From the NCBI GenBank assembly GCA_963665705.1, contig OY762448.1, positions 3,760,555-3,784,554 of the forward strand: a stretch of DNA of 24,000 nucleotides, read 5' to 3'. The translations under genes and the position numbers were made by a program. This document shows positions 16,773 through 24,000 of this stretch, piece after piece (position 1 is the stretch's first letter; each line of letters begins with the position of its first letter). The notes beneath the pieces are model-generated. The model worked only from the letters and a program-made list of their open reading frames with translations, was not told the DNA's origin and searched no databases. This DNA comes from an uncultured Saccharicrinis sp. (GTDB lineage Bacteria > Bacteroidota > Bacteroidia > Bacteroidales > Marinilabiliaceae).

Positions 16773-19235
16773 TTATTGCACTTGTATAGTAATTGAGTCA
16801 CTTCCTAGTTCTTCTGCACTAGCCTCAAGAATCATTCTTCCCTTCTTGCTATTGGAACGTAAAATAACAAGGCCTTTTCCTTGGTAAACTTTTTTCTTTA
16901 GCTGCTGAAAACTTGATATATCTGTTGGATTTCCATTTCCAACTCCAGCCAAAACTCCTTCTCCTTTTATACTATAATTAACCTCAATATCATTCACGTA
17001 AGGAACAACGTTACCTTCCTCATCAACAATTTCAACAGCCACATAAAATAATTCATTACCATTTGCTTTAACATTACTCTTATCTGCTTTTAGCCTTATT
17101 GCAACAGGTTTTCCAACCGTTTTAATGGTTGTACTGGCTACTTCTTTTCCATTAATATAACCTTTAGCTACCAATGTACCCGGCACATACGGCAATTGAA
17201 AACCAGCGGTAATCGAACTATCCGGTATTTCCTGTGCATCAATCACTTTCCCATTAAGCTCAAGCTTTACATTCTCAACTTTGGAATATACCCTAACCAA
17301 CAAAGTATCTCCTTCCGATCCTGGCCAACTCCAGCTTCTTTGTTCATCAGGCCATCCCCAATCGCTCACATAATATTTCATACCTTCAGGAATGGAAAGT
17401 TTCTGTACCATCATCTCCATAGGACTATTGTCCCATACAACATCACGGTAATATGATTGTGGTTTTTTATTGCCAATAAAATCCAAATCACCACAAAAGG
17501 CATTAAACCAAGGCCATTTTACAAATATCTTTTTTTGCTTACCTGAGATAAATGAAGTAACACCTATTCCTGCTTCTCCCCTATAATCCATTGCTGTCCA
17601 AACAAAATCACCAATAATATATGGATTCTCTTCTACTGCTGTCCAATTCTCATATGACTTTGCAGGATATGACTCTGTTCCCAGCATTATACGATTAGGA
17701 TATTTTTTATGATCAGATTCATATTTTTTAAACATATAGTTATAGCCACCAATATCTAATAAATCAAAAATTGCAGGAGTATGTTCTTCCCAGTTATAAG
17801 TTCTACGAGCATCCCAAAAATCACAGACAGCTTCTGTAACAAAACGAGTACTATCCAATTTCTTAACTTTTTTAGCAAGCATATCTGTTATTTCAAGACC
17901 TCTTTCCGACGCACGTTCTCGTATCTCATTTCCTATACTCCATAAAATTACAGACGGGTGATTTCGATCTCTTAAAATCATAGATGTAAGATCCCGCTCC
18001 CAACAATCTTTAAAGTACAAGTGATAATCATCTATAAATTTGGTTTTTTCCCATGCGTCAAATGCTTCATCAACAACATACATTCCTAAACGGTCACAAA
18101 CCTCAAGTAATATCTCAGAAGGGGGATTATGACTAATTCTTATTGCATTGAATCCATTTTCTTTTAATAGACGGACTTTTCTTTCTTCTGCTTGTTTAAT
18201 TGAAATCGCTCCTAAAGGTCCATTATCATGATGAATACAACCGCCTTTTAAAAACACGGATTTTCCATTTACCAACAATCCATTTTGCGCATCTATCTTA
18301 ATCTTTCTAACTCCAAATGGAATCGACACATTATCAACCTCTTCTGTTTTACGTATGATGTTTAATTTTGCAGTATACAAATTTGGAGTTTCTGCCGACC
18401 ATAATAAAGGACTCTTGATTGTAATCTCTTGTCTAATTTCCATTTTCCCATAAGTGCTGGAGTTTACTTTACTTTTACTTTTTCCAACTACTTTACCTTT
18501 TGCATCTAGAATTTCGGTATGTAAAACAAAGCCTGCCGCATTAACATAACCATTTGTAATTGTAGTCGTCAAATGTACATTTGCTAAGGATTCATTCACT
18601 TCAGGAGTGGTAATATTAACGCCCCAAATATCTATGTGTAAAGGATCTACTGCAGTTAACTTAACATGCCTGTAAATTCCGGATCCCGCATACCAACGAC
18701 TATTTTTGCCTGTATTTTCAACTCTAACAGTTATTACATTTTTGGTTCCATCAGTATTCAAATATGGTGTCAACTCATAATTGAATGGAGTATAACCATA
18801 TGGGTGAACTCCTAGATAGTGACCATTAATCCACACTTTTGAATTCATGTATACTCCATCAAACTGGATAAATAATTTTTTCCCTACATCCTCACTTCTT
18901 AAATCAAAAGACTTTCGATACCAACCTATACCTCCATAAGTAAATCCATCAAATATAGTTCCGGAAGAATTTCTAAAAAAAGGTCCTACAATAGAATCCT
19001 CTTTTTGAATAGATACATCTTCAACACTCCAATCATGGGGTAAATCAACAATTCTCCAATCTGATACATCATAATTTAATTGCTCAGGCCCTGTTGAAAT
19101 TGTATCAAGTTTAAACCTCCAATCAGAATCAAATGATCGGGTACGAGCATCTAGATTACTCTGAGCCATCAACACTATATTCGATAGCATAATAAATATA
19201 AAGACTACACTTCCTTTTTTCAATTTAGTTTTCAT
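16773..19235 (-). CDS. Secreted GH2-family glycoside hydrolase (beta-galactosidase/beta-glucuronidase class)
   Basis: 820 aa with a signal peptide. N-terminal sugar-binding region (FDSDWRFKLD, DWRIVDLPHDWSVE), NAIRISHNP, acid/base ILWSIGNE, a candidate nucleophile region MLGTESYP, and C-terminal Ig-like domains. Confidence 0.85.
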   Translation of the reverse strand: MKTKLKKGSVVFIFIMLSNIVLMAQSNLDARTRSFDSDWRFKLDTISTGPEQLNYDVSDWRIVDLPHDWSVEDVSIQKEDSIVGPFFRNSSGTIFDGFTYGGIGWYRKSFDLRSEDVGKKLFIQFDGVYMNSKVWINGHYLGVHPYGYTPFNYELTPYLNTDGTKNVITVRVENTGKNSRWYAGSGIYRHVKLTAVDPLHIDIWGVNITTPEVNESLANVHLTTTITNGYVNAAGFVLHTEILDAKGKVVGKSKSKVNSSTYGKMEIRQEITIKSPLLWSAETPNLYTAKLNIIRKTEEVDNVSIPFGVRKIKIDAQNGLLVNGKSVFLKGGCIHHDNGPLGAISIKQAEERKVRLLKENGFNAIRISHNPPSEILLEVCDRLGMYVVDEAFDAWEKTKFIDDYHLYFKDCWERDLTSMILRDRNHPSVILWSIGNEIRERASERGLEITDMLAKKVKKLDSTRFVTEAVCDFWDARRTYNWEEHTPAIFDLLDIGGYNYMFKKYESDHKKYPNRIMLGTESYPAKSYENWTAVEENPYIIGDFVWTAMDYRGEAGIGVTSFISGKQKKIFVKWPWFNAFCGDLDFIGNKKPQSYYRDVVWDNSPMEMMVQKLSIPEGMKYYVSDWGWPDEQRSWSWPGSEGDTLLVRVYSKVENVKLELNGKVIDAQEIPDSSITAGFQLPYVPGTLVAKGYINGKEVASTTIKTVGKPVAIRLKADKSNVKANGNELFYVAVEIVDEEGNVVPYVNDIEVNYSIKGEGVLAGVGNGNPTDISSFQQLKKKVYQGKGLVILRSNSKKGRMILEASAEELGSDSITIQVQ

Positions 19236-19417
19236 AATTTTTCATTTTTTTGTATAGCATAACGCCTGTCGTATATATTTCTATAGCTTAACTTACACCC
19301 TATTAAAATTTACAATTATATTAACCATGTAGTATTTATTTAAGACAATGAAATTACAACCTACTATAACCAACACAGACCTTTATACATATCCCTAATA
19401 ACCAATAGAATAACTTA

Positions 19418-20434
19418 TTAAATATGCTTTTTAAGATATTCGGAACTTATTTGAAATGACTTTACAGGAGAATCGTCAATCCAGTTTTTATGCGTTTCTA
19501 ATATGATGGCTTTTACGCCATGCTTTTTGGCAGTGGAAATCAAACCTTCAAGGTTCATGTTTCCCATGCCCAATTCCATACCATCAGACTCAATAATAGA
19601 GCCCATATTCCCTTTTTCTCTATTTCCTCTGTCGTTGATATGGTATAGCTTCATCCGGGAACCCAATTTTTCCATCCATTCAATAGCATCACAACCAGCC
19701 TCAGCTGCCCAAAAAGAATCAAACTCAAAATTGACATAATCCGGATTTGTTTTCTCCAGCAACAAATCAAAGGCTGTTTCTCCTGTTTCAACCCTACGGA
19801 ATTCACAGTTATGGTTATGGTATAAAAAGTTTATGCCGCCTTGTTTCAATAATTTCCCGGCTTTATTTAAATCCTCCGCCAATTGCAATACCGCTTGCCT
19901 ATCAGAATAATCATACCGAAACATGCCAGTTACAACAATATAATTTGTTCCAAAGGCTTTTGCCTCATTAATAATTTCTTCCGTGTTTTTAAGAATACTT
20001 CCCAGGTCTTCATGGATACTCACTACCTTAAGGCCTGATTCCTTTATTAAATCGAGCCAGTTTAGTTTGCCACTGTTTCCGGTTGGCATACCAGCCATCC
20101 AGGTTAAAACAGGAACAATAAAAGGCACTTTTTTAATCATAAAACCATTTAACTCAATCCCCTCATATCCTGAGGCTTTTACTAACTGCAAAGCCAACCT
20201 GGCATCTTCCTCTGTTTGGATAATCTTACGCAGTTGGAATTGCTGTATGGCCTGAATCGGCTTATCTTCTGCCATTGAAGCAGGCTCCGATGAAGATTTC
20301 AAGATACTGTCGATCTCAGCATCTGTAATCTTAAACCCATGGGCTCCATACACATTCTGGTAAACAACAGCTACCAGTAAAAATAACACTCCCAACAGGA
20401 TACCCAATATTTTAAATCGTTTTGTTTTTTTCAT
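19418..20434 (-). CDS. Xylose-isomerase-like TIM-barrel protein (sugar phosphate isomerase/epimerase, AP_endonuc_2 superfamily) with an N-terminal signal/anchor
   Basis: N-terminus MKKTKRFKILGILLGVLFLLVAVVYQNVYGAHG is hydrophobic, either a signal peptide or a membrane anchor. The body has the alternating pattern of this fold (GYEGIEL, VVSIHEDLG, YIVVTG, FLYHNHNCEF, FEFDSFW, LYHINDR, IILETH). Confidence 0.65.
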   Translation of the reverse strand: MKKTKRFKILGILLGVLFLLVAVVYQNVYGAHGFKITDAEIDSILKSSSEPASMAEDKPIQAIQQFQLRKIIQTEEDARLALQLVKASGYEGIELNGFMIKKVPFIVPVLTWMAGMPTGNSGKLNWLDLIKESGLKVVSIHEDLGSILKNTEEIINEAKAFGTNYIVVTGMFRYDYSDRQAVLQLAEDLNKAGKLLKQGGINFLYHNHNCEFRRVETGETAFDLLLEKTNPDYVNFEFDSFWAAEAGCDAIEWMEKLGSRMKLYHINDRGNREKGNMGSIIESDGMELGMGNMNLEGLISTAKKHGVKAIILETHKNWIDDSPVKSFQISSEYLKKHI

Positions 20435-20522
20435 ATAATCTCAGATAATATACTTTTGTTGTAATGATATTCACAAATTCATTATTACTAGATATAACGA
20501 GTAAATAGGCAATATTGCGCCC

Positions 20523-23500
20523 TTAATTCTCTATTGAGGATGTCATGATCTTTACAGGACCTAACAAACCTGATTTTTTCAAACGTGATTTTTCCTTATA
20601 GTAAGTCATGGTTGAATAGGTGATCTTCTTTTCAACGTCAGTTTGCTCATCTCCAATCAAGCGATTTACCCACACATTGGTTACTTTAATTTCAATAATG
20701 TTATCCCCGCCTTTTAATGCCTTTGAAATATCGATTTGGAAAGGTTTCTTCCATAAAACACCTAGTGATTTTCCATTAATAACAACCTCTGCCAGATTCT
20801 CCACTTTTCCCAAATCAAGAATTGCTTGTGACCCATTATTCAGACTATCTTTTTCTATAAAAATCTTTTTTTTATAGGTTGCTGTTCCCGAAAAATATTT
20901 GATTCCTTTTTCGGAACAATTAGTCCATGATTGCAAAAATTCAAAAGTCTTCTGAACCGGAGCACCTCGTTGGGGCTGAAACGTAACACCCCAAGCACCT
21001 TCTAATTCAGTTAACAACCTTTCATTTTTATTGGGTAACTTATTATTTGTAGCCTTTGTCTTTTTTCGAAAAACAATAAAAAGAGCATCGTTAGGTTTTA
21101 AATTTAAAGAAACGTTGGTTCGATGATCTTCTATTAAATAAGAAGCATCTTCAATTTTTCCTGTCTCCGGATGCCAGATTTCAGGCACTTTGCCTTCTAT
21201 CCGAAAACTCACTTCTGAATTTTGTGATTTATTCGAACGGCTATTAATCCAATAAATATCCAGATCCGATGATTCTCTATGAACACACAATAGTTCAGTA
21301 TTTGAACCAGTTTTTTTATAAGTAAAATCAGGAGCTACTCCCATGTGAGACAGTACTTCTTTAATGGTTTTACCTGTAAAAACTTTAGAATTTCCTGAAT
21401 TCCAAATTTGGTTTACAACTCTATCAAACTCTTCCTGGTCATCGGCAAGACTTGGTGTTTTTAATGGTTTTATTCCACAAATTACAGCACCGCCTTTTAC
21501 AAGTTTTTCAATTTTACGCAATACTGGCAATGTCATATTTACCGCACTACTATCCAGTACAAGCAACTGATAACTCATCCCACTAGGAGTAACGAGTTTT
21601 TCGTCTTTTACACTTAATAAATTAACCAGTGCATCCGTATTGATAAAGTCATAATTATATCCCTCAGGAATAGATGGTAACTTTTTGCCGAACAGAGATG
21701 TTATATTATTGTCTTCTCCATAATAATAAGCAATATCTGCAACAAATTTTCCTTGTTGAAGCATATAGGAACTTCTTGCCAAATAGTCAATCCATGGTTT
21801 GGCTTGTTCTGCCCATGTCTCATGTCTTGTAAACCACTGGCCAAAAGGATCCAGGCTAACTCCGGGGAACTTATCGTCAGAAGGTTGATGTACTGAGGTA
21901 TGAATTACAAAGCGATTCAGTCCATTTGCCAATTCCAAATCTGCTGTCGGCTTCAATTTTTCAGGACAATAAGAGTATGCCCTATTAAACAAACCCAATG
22001 AAGTGAATGATTCTGCAGCCACTATATTTTGCCCGTATATGTGTGCCACCGATGCGGACTCTCTTAAATCTGCTTCATACACAGTCATGTCCTTACCCAT
22101 TATAGGCTCTGTCCAACAAGCCGACATCGGAATATGAGCAGTTCGTTTAACATCCATTCCATCTGCAATCAAGGCTCTACCATTCTCATGAGACTCTGAA
22201 TATCTTTTCATACCATACTCCTTCAAAATTTCGGTCAAACCATCGTAGTGGTATTCAACAACCATTTCACTCAAAGTTTTTCTGAAATCAAAAAGAAACT
22301 GTTCACTTGCCTTTGCACTTTTTATAATTTGTCCTGTTAAAACAGGCATCCAGGGAATAATATCGTAACCGCGTCGCTTACGAAACTCTTCAGGCAACCT
22401 TGCCGTCCAATTTTGAGCACCTGCTTCCCAACTGTCGGTAATCATGTATTGCAAGCCACCTTTTTCACCCATTAAGCCACCTGTTGCATCTTTATATTGA
22501 TTCAGATAATTAGTGAAGTATTTCTTTATTGCAACAGGATCAAGTTTATCCACCTCTAAACCTGTTGCTTCAGGAGATGCAGGGTGATTTATTATACCCA
22601 GCAATGAATAACCATACCGTATAATTTTCCATTCACCTTCAGGAACAATCCAGTTCAAAGAACCGTCCTTATTCATTTTATCGGTAAGGTTAACAACATC
22701 ATTCAAAGAAACAACATCGTTAGTTTCTCGGGTCAATTTGGAGTTGATGTCACTAACAGGTGCAAAGGCAACTTTTTCTTCGAAACAATTAATTACATCT
22801 GCTGTGTACAAGCAAATTTCGGCAATTTCTGTCCCTGCCACAGGTATTGGTTTTGAAGCCTTTCCTGTCATTGCGGCTAATGGATCTAACTTTGGAGGTG
22901 GATTTTTCACCTTCACACGAAAATATTTTGCAGTTGTTTCAGGTACAGAAATGGTTTGCTGCAATATGGCTCCTGGTGGAATATTACATACAAAGCTAAA
23001 GTTTTCACCATCGTTACTTACTTCCAACATACGTGAATCGGGAGCGACTGATCCCCAACCAAACATACCTGGTTCACCTCCACCAACAATTTTAATTGCT
23101 TTTATTGTTTGCTGTTGGGGAAAAGAGAACTGTATCCACGTATAACCATTTTTATCATCGCGAGGTAAAAGAACCGTGGATGCCAAATCACCATCTGTTA
23201 ATTGGGCTAAAGTAAAATTGCCCCCACTTGAGGTCACAACAGCGTTTAAATCCTCTAAAGAGCGATCTGTTTCTGGTAATTTAAAAGCTACTACGGCAAC
23301 ATCTTCATAAAATTCGGGCACGCCATGAGTATCTGCTGAAAAAAAAGACTCTGTTTTCTTAGGTAAATTCTGAAATGGTCCAGTAACATTGGATGGAGTA
23401 GGTAAATTTATATTTGTTGTCCCTTCCTTTACTCTTATTTCTGTCCATACAATTTTTTTCATTCCATCTTGTGCTTCTACCCATGGCCCACCACTTTCAC

Positions 23501-23894
23501 TCCAACCAGGAGAGCCGGCAATTGCCATTTCAAGGTCTAAAGAATCTGCTAAGCGAGTTGCATATTGAAAGGCATCTTTCCATTTAGGAGTCATATAAGT
23601 TAACCTGGCGCTTACCACTTGCGGAGTATTCATGTTTGCATCAAAAGTTTGAACACCACCAATACCTATTCTGTGCATCCATTCCAGATCCGCTTTGATT
23701 CCATCTTTTGAAATATTTCCATTCATCCAATGCCACCATACTCTTGGCTTAGCATTATCTGGTGGAGTCATAAAATCTTTTTCTAATTGGATCCCATATT
23801 TTGTCGATGATTCGTTACAACTTATCAATACGACACAAATAATTAATCCAACAAACAATTGTATTCCAGGGATCTTTTGTAAACAAATTTTCAT
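20523..23894 (-). CDS. Large lipoprotein glycosyl hydrolase, GH106-like (alpha-L-rhamnosidase-type) with an internal discoidin-like and a C-terminal galactose-binding-like domain
   Basis: 1123 aa with a lipoprotein signal (VVLISCNESS). The N-terminal motif is FMTPPDNAKPRVWWHWMNGNISKDGIKADLEWMHRIGIGGVQTFD. The C-terminus (SGTATYKKKIFI...LDLGKVENLAEVVINGKSLGVLWKKPFQIDIS...IEIKVTNVWVNRLIGD) is typical of this ~1100-aa Bacteroidota hydrolase group. The family number is from memory and uncertain. Confidence 0.55.
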   Translation of the reverse strand: MKICLQKIPGIQLFVGLIICVVLISCNESSTKYGIQLEKDFMTPPDNAKPRVWWHWMNGNISKDGIKADLEWMHRIGIGGVQTFDANMNTPQVVSARLTYMTPKWKDAFQYATRLADSLDLEMAIAGSPGWSESGGPWVEAQDGMKKIVWTEIRVKEGTTNINLPTPSNVTGPFQNLPKKTESFFSADTHGVPEFYEDVAVVAFKLPETDRSLEDLNAVVTSSGGNFTLAQLTDGDLASTVLLPRDDKNGYTWIQFSFPQQQTIKAIKIVGGGEPGMFGWGSVAPDSRMLEVSNDGENFSFVCNIPPGAILQQTISVPETTAKYFRVKVKNPPPKLDPLAAMTGKASKPIPVAGTEIAEICLYTADVINCFEEKVAFAPVSDINSKLTRETNDVVSLNDVVNLTDKMNKDGSLNWIVPEGEWKIIRYGYSLLGIINHPASPEATGLEVDKLDPVAIKKYFTNYLNQYKDATGGLMGEKGGLQYMITDSWEAGAQNWTARLPEEFRKRRGYDIIPWMPVLTGQIIKSAKASEQFLFDFRKTLSEMVVEYHYDGLTEILKEYGMKRYSESHENGRALIADGMDVKRTAHIPMSACWTEPIMGKDMTVYEADLRESASVAHIYGQNIVAAESFTSLGLFNRAYSYCPEKLKPTADLELANGLNRFVIHTSVHQPSDDKFPGVSLDPFGQWFTRHETWAEQAKPWIDYLARSSYMLQQGKFVADIAYYYGEDNNITSLFGKKLPSIPEGYNYDFINTDALVNLLSVKDEKLVTPSGMSYQLLVLDSSAVNMTLPVLRKIEKLVKGGAVICGIKPLKTPSLADDQEEFDRVVNQIWNSGNSKVFTGKTIKEVLSHMGVAPDFTYKKTGSNTELLCVHRESSDLDIYWINSRSNKSQNSEVSFRIEGKVPEIWHPETGKIEDASYLIEDHRTNVSLNLKPNDALFIVFRKKTKATNNKLPNKNERLLTELEGAWGVTFQPQRGAPVQKTFEFLQSWTNCSEKGIKYFSGTATYKKKIFIEKDSLNNGSQAILDLGKVENLAEVVINGKSLGVLWKKPFQIDISKALKGGDNIIEIKVTNVWVNRLIGDEQTDVEKKITYSTMTYYKEKSRLKKSGLLGPVKIMTSSIEN

Positions 23895-23904
23895 TTTATC
23901 AACT

Positions 23905-24000
23905 TTATTTAAGTTTCCTCAATTTTATTGCATTAACACAAGTAGTTTCTTCATTTGATTTAAACACAATATCCAATCCACCTTTAGAATATACTATGGC
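23905..24000 (-). CDS. 3' end (31 codons + stop) of an upstream co-directional gene, function unknown
   Basis: This is the only minus frame open to the window edge: AIVYSKGGLDIVFKSNEETTCVNAIKLRKLK*, with the stop at 23905-23907. It ends 10 nt before the GH106-like start, which implies the operon continues beyond the window. Confidence 0.4.
   Translation of the reverse strand, partial: AIVYSKGGLDIVFKSNEETTCVNAIKLRKLK

Noticed and set aside
22738-23145. 135-aa plus-strand ORF, and similar plus-strand ORFs at 1998-2210, 2919-3252, 3375-3602, 11349-11656, 12393-13005, 14157-14354, 15390-15581, 16572-16769, 17196-17456, 19503-20255, 20620-20877, 21364-21570 and 23695-23958
   Set aside because: Nearly all lie antisense within well-supported minus-strand genes (12718-13005, 16572-16769 and 23695-23958 run a few tens of nt into the adjacent spacer). 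Their translations are low-complexity with no motifs, which is typical of shadow ORFs.
1-24000. Search for a defence, toxin-antitoxin, retron, CRISPR or secretion-type novel system
   Set aside because: I found no nuclease, helicase, reverse transcriptase, STAND/AAA (other than IstB), methyltransferase or small toxin-like gene pairs. All sizeable ORFs are accounted for by metabolism, glycan degradation, sigma signalling or the IS.

Overview
AT-rich, Bacteroidota-like window. Every credible gene is on the minus strand. It falls into three zones. (1) 1-1424: an ECF sigma factor and FecR-type anti-sigma pair. (2) 1709-7938: a decayed accessory patch. It holds an IS21-family element (istA intact, istB 3'-truncated, only one terminal repeat region left) sitting in the 5' end of a tyrosine-integrase gene whose body is missing. 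Next comes a non-coding stretch dense in short repeats and hairpins, then a probable T9SS C-terminal-domain gene fragment, then an intact mgsA-pfkA pair interleaved with degraded paralogues (a full-length mgsA pseudogene and a 3' fragment of a small lipoprotein gene). (3) 8192-24000: about 16 kb of co-directional, tightly spaced glycan-utilisation genes. In transcription order these are a GH106-like hydrolase, an exported xylose-isomerase-like TIM-barrel protein, GH2, an SDR, an orphan XylF-like periplasmic sugar-binding protein, GH43+CBM32-like, a Maa/LacA acetyltransferase, a GH35-like hydrolase, an SDR-type mannonate oxidoreductase candidate and UxuA. No SusC/SusD pair lies inside the window. 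I found no rRNA, tRNA, CRISPR array or recognisable defence or toxin system. I cannot point to a clear novel multi-gene system. The best candidates for a second look are the exported TIM-barrel protein and orphan binding protein inside the GH operon, a G+C-rich palindrome-rich 190-nt element upstream of uxuA, the repeat architecture next to the dead integrase, and the reciprocal decay of the mgsA/lipoprotein paralogues. All family assignments come from motif recognition by eye; no searches were run.
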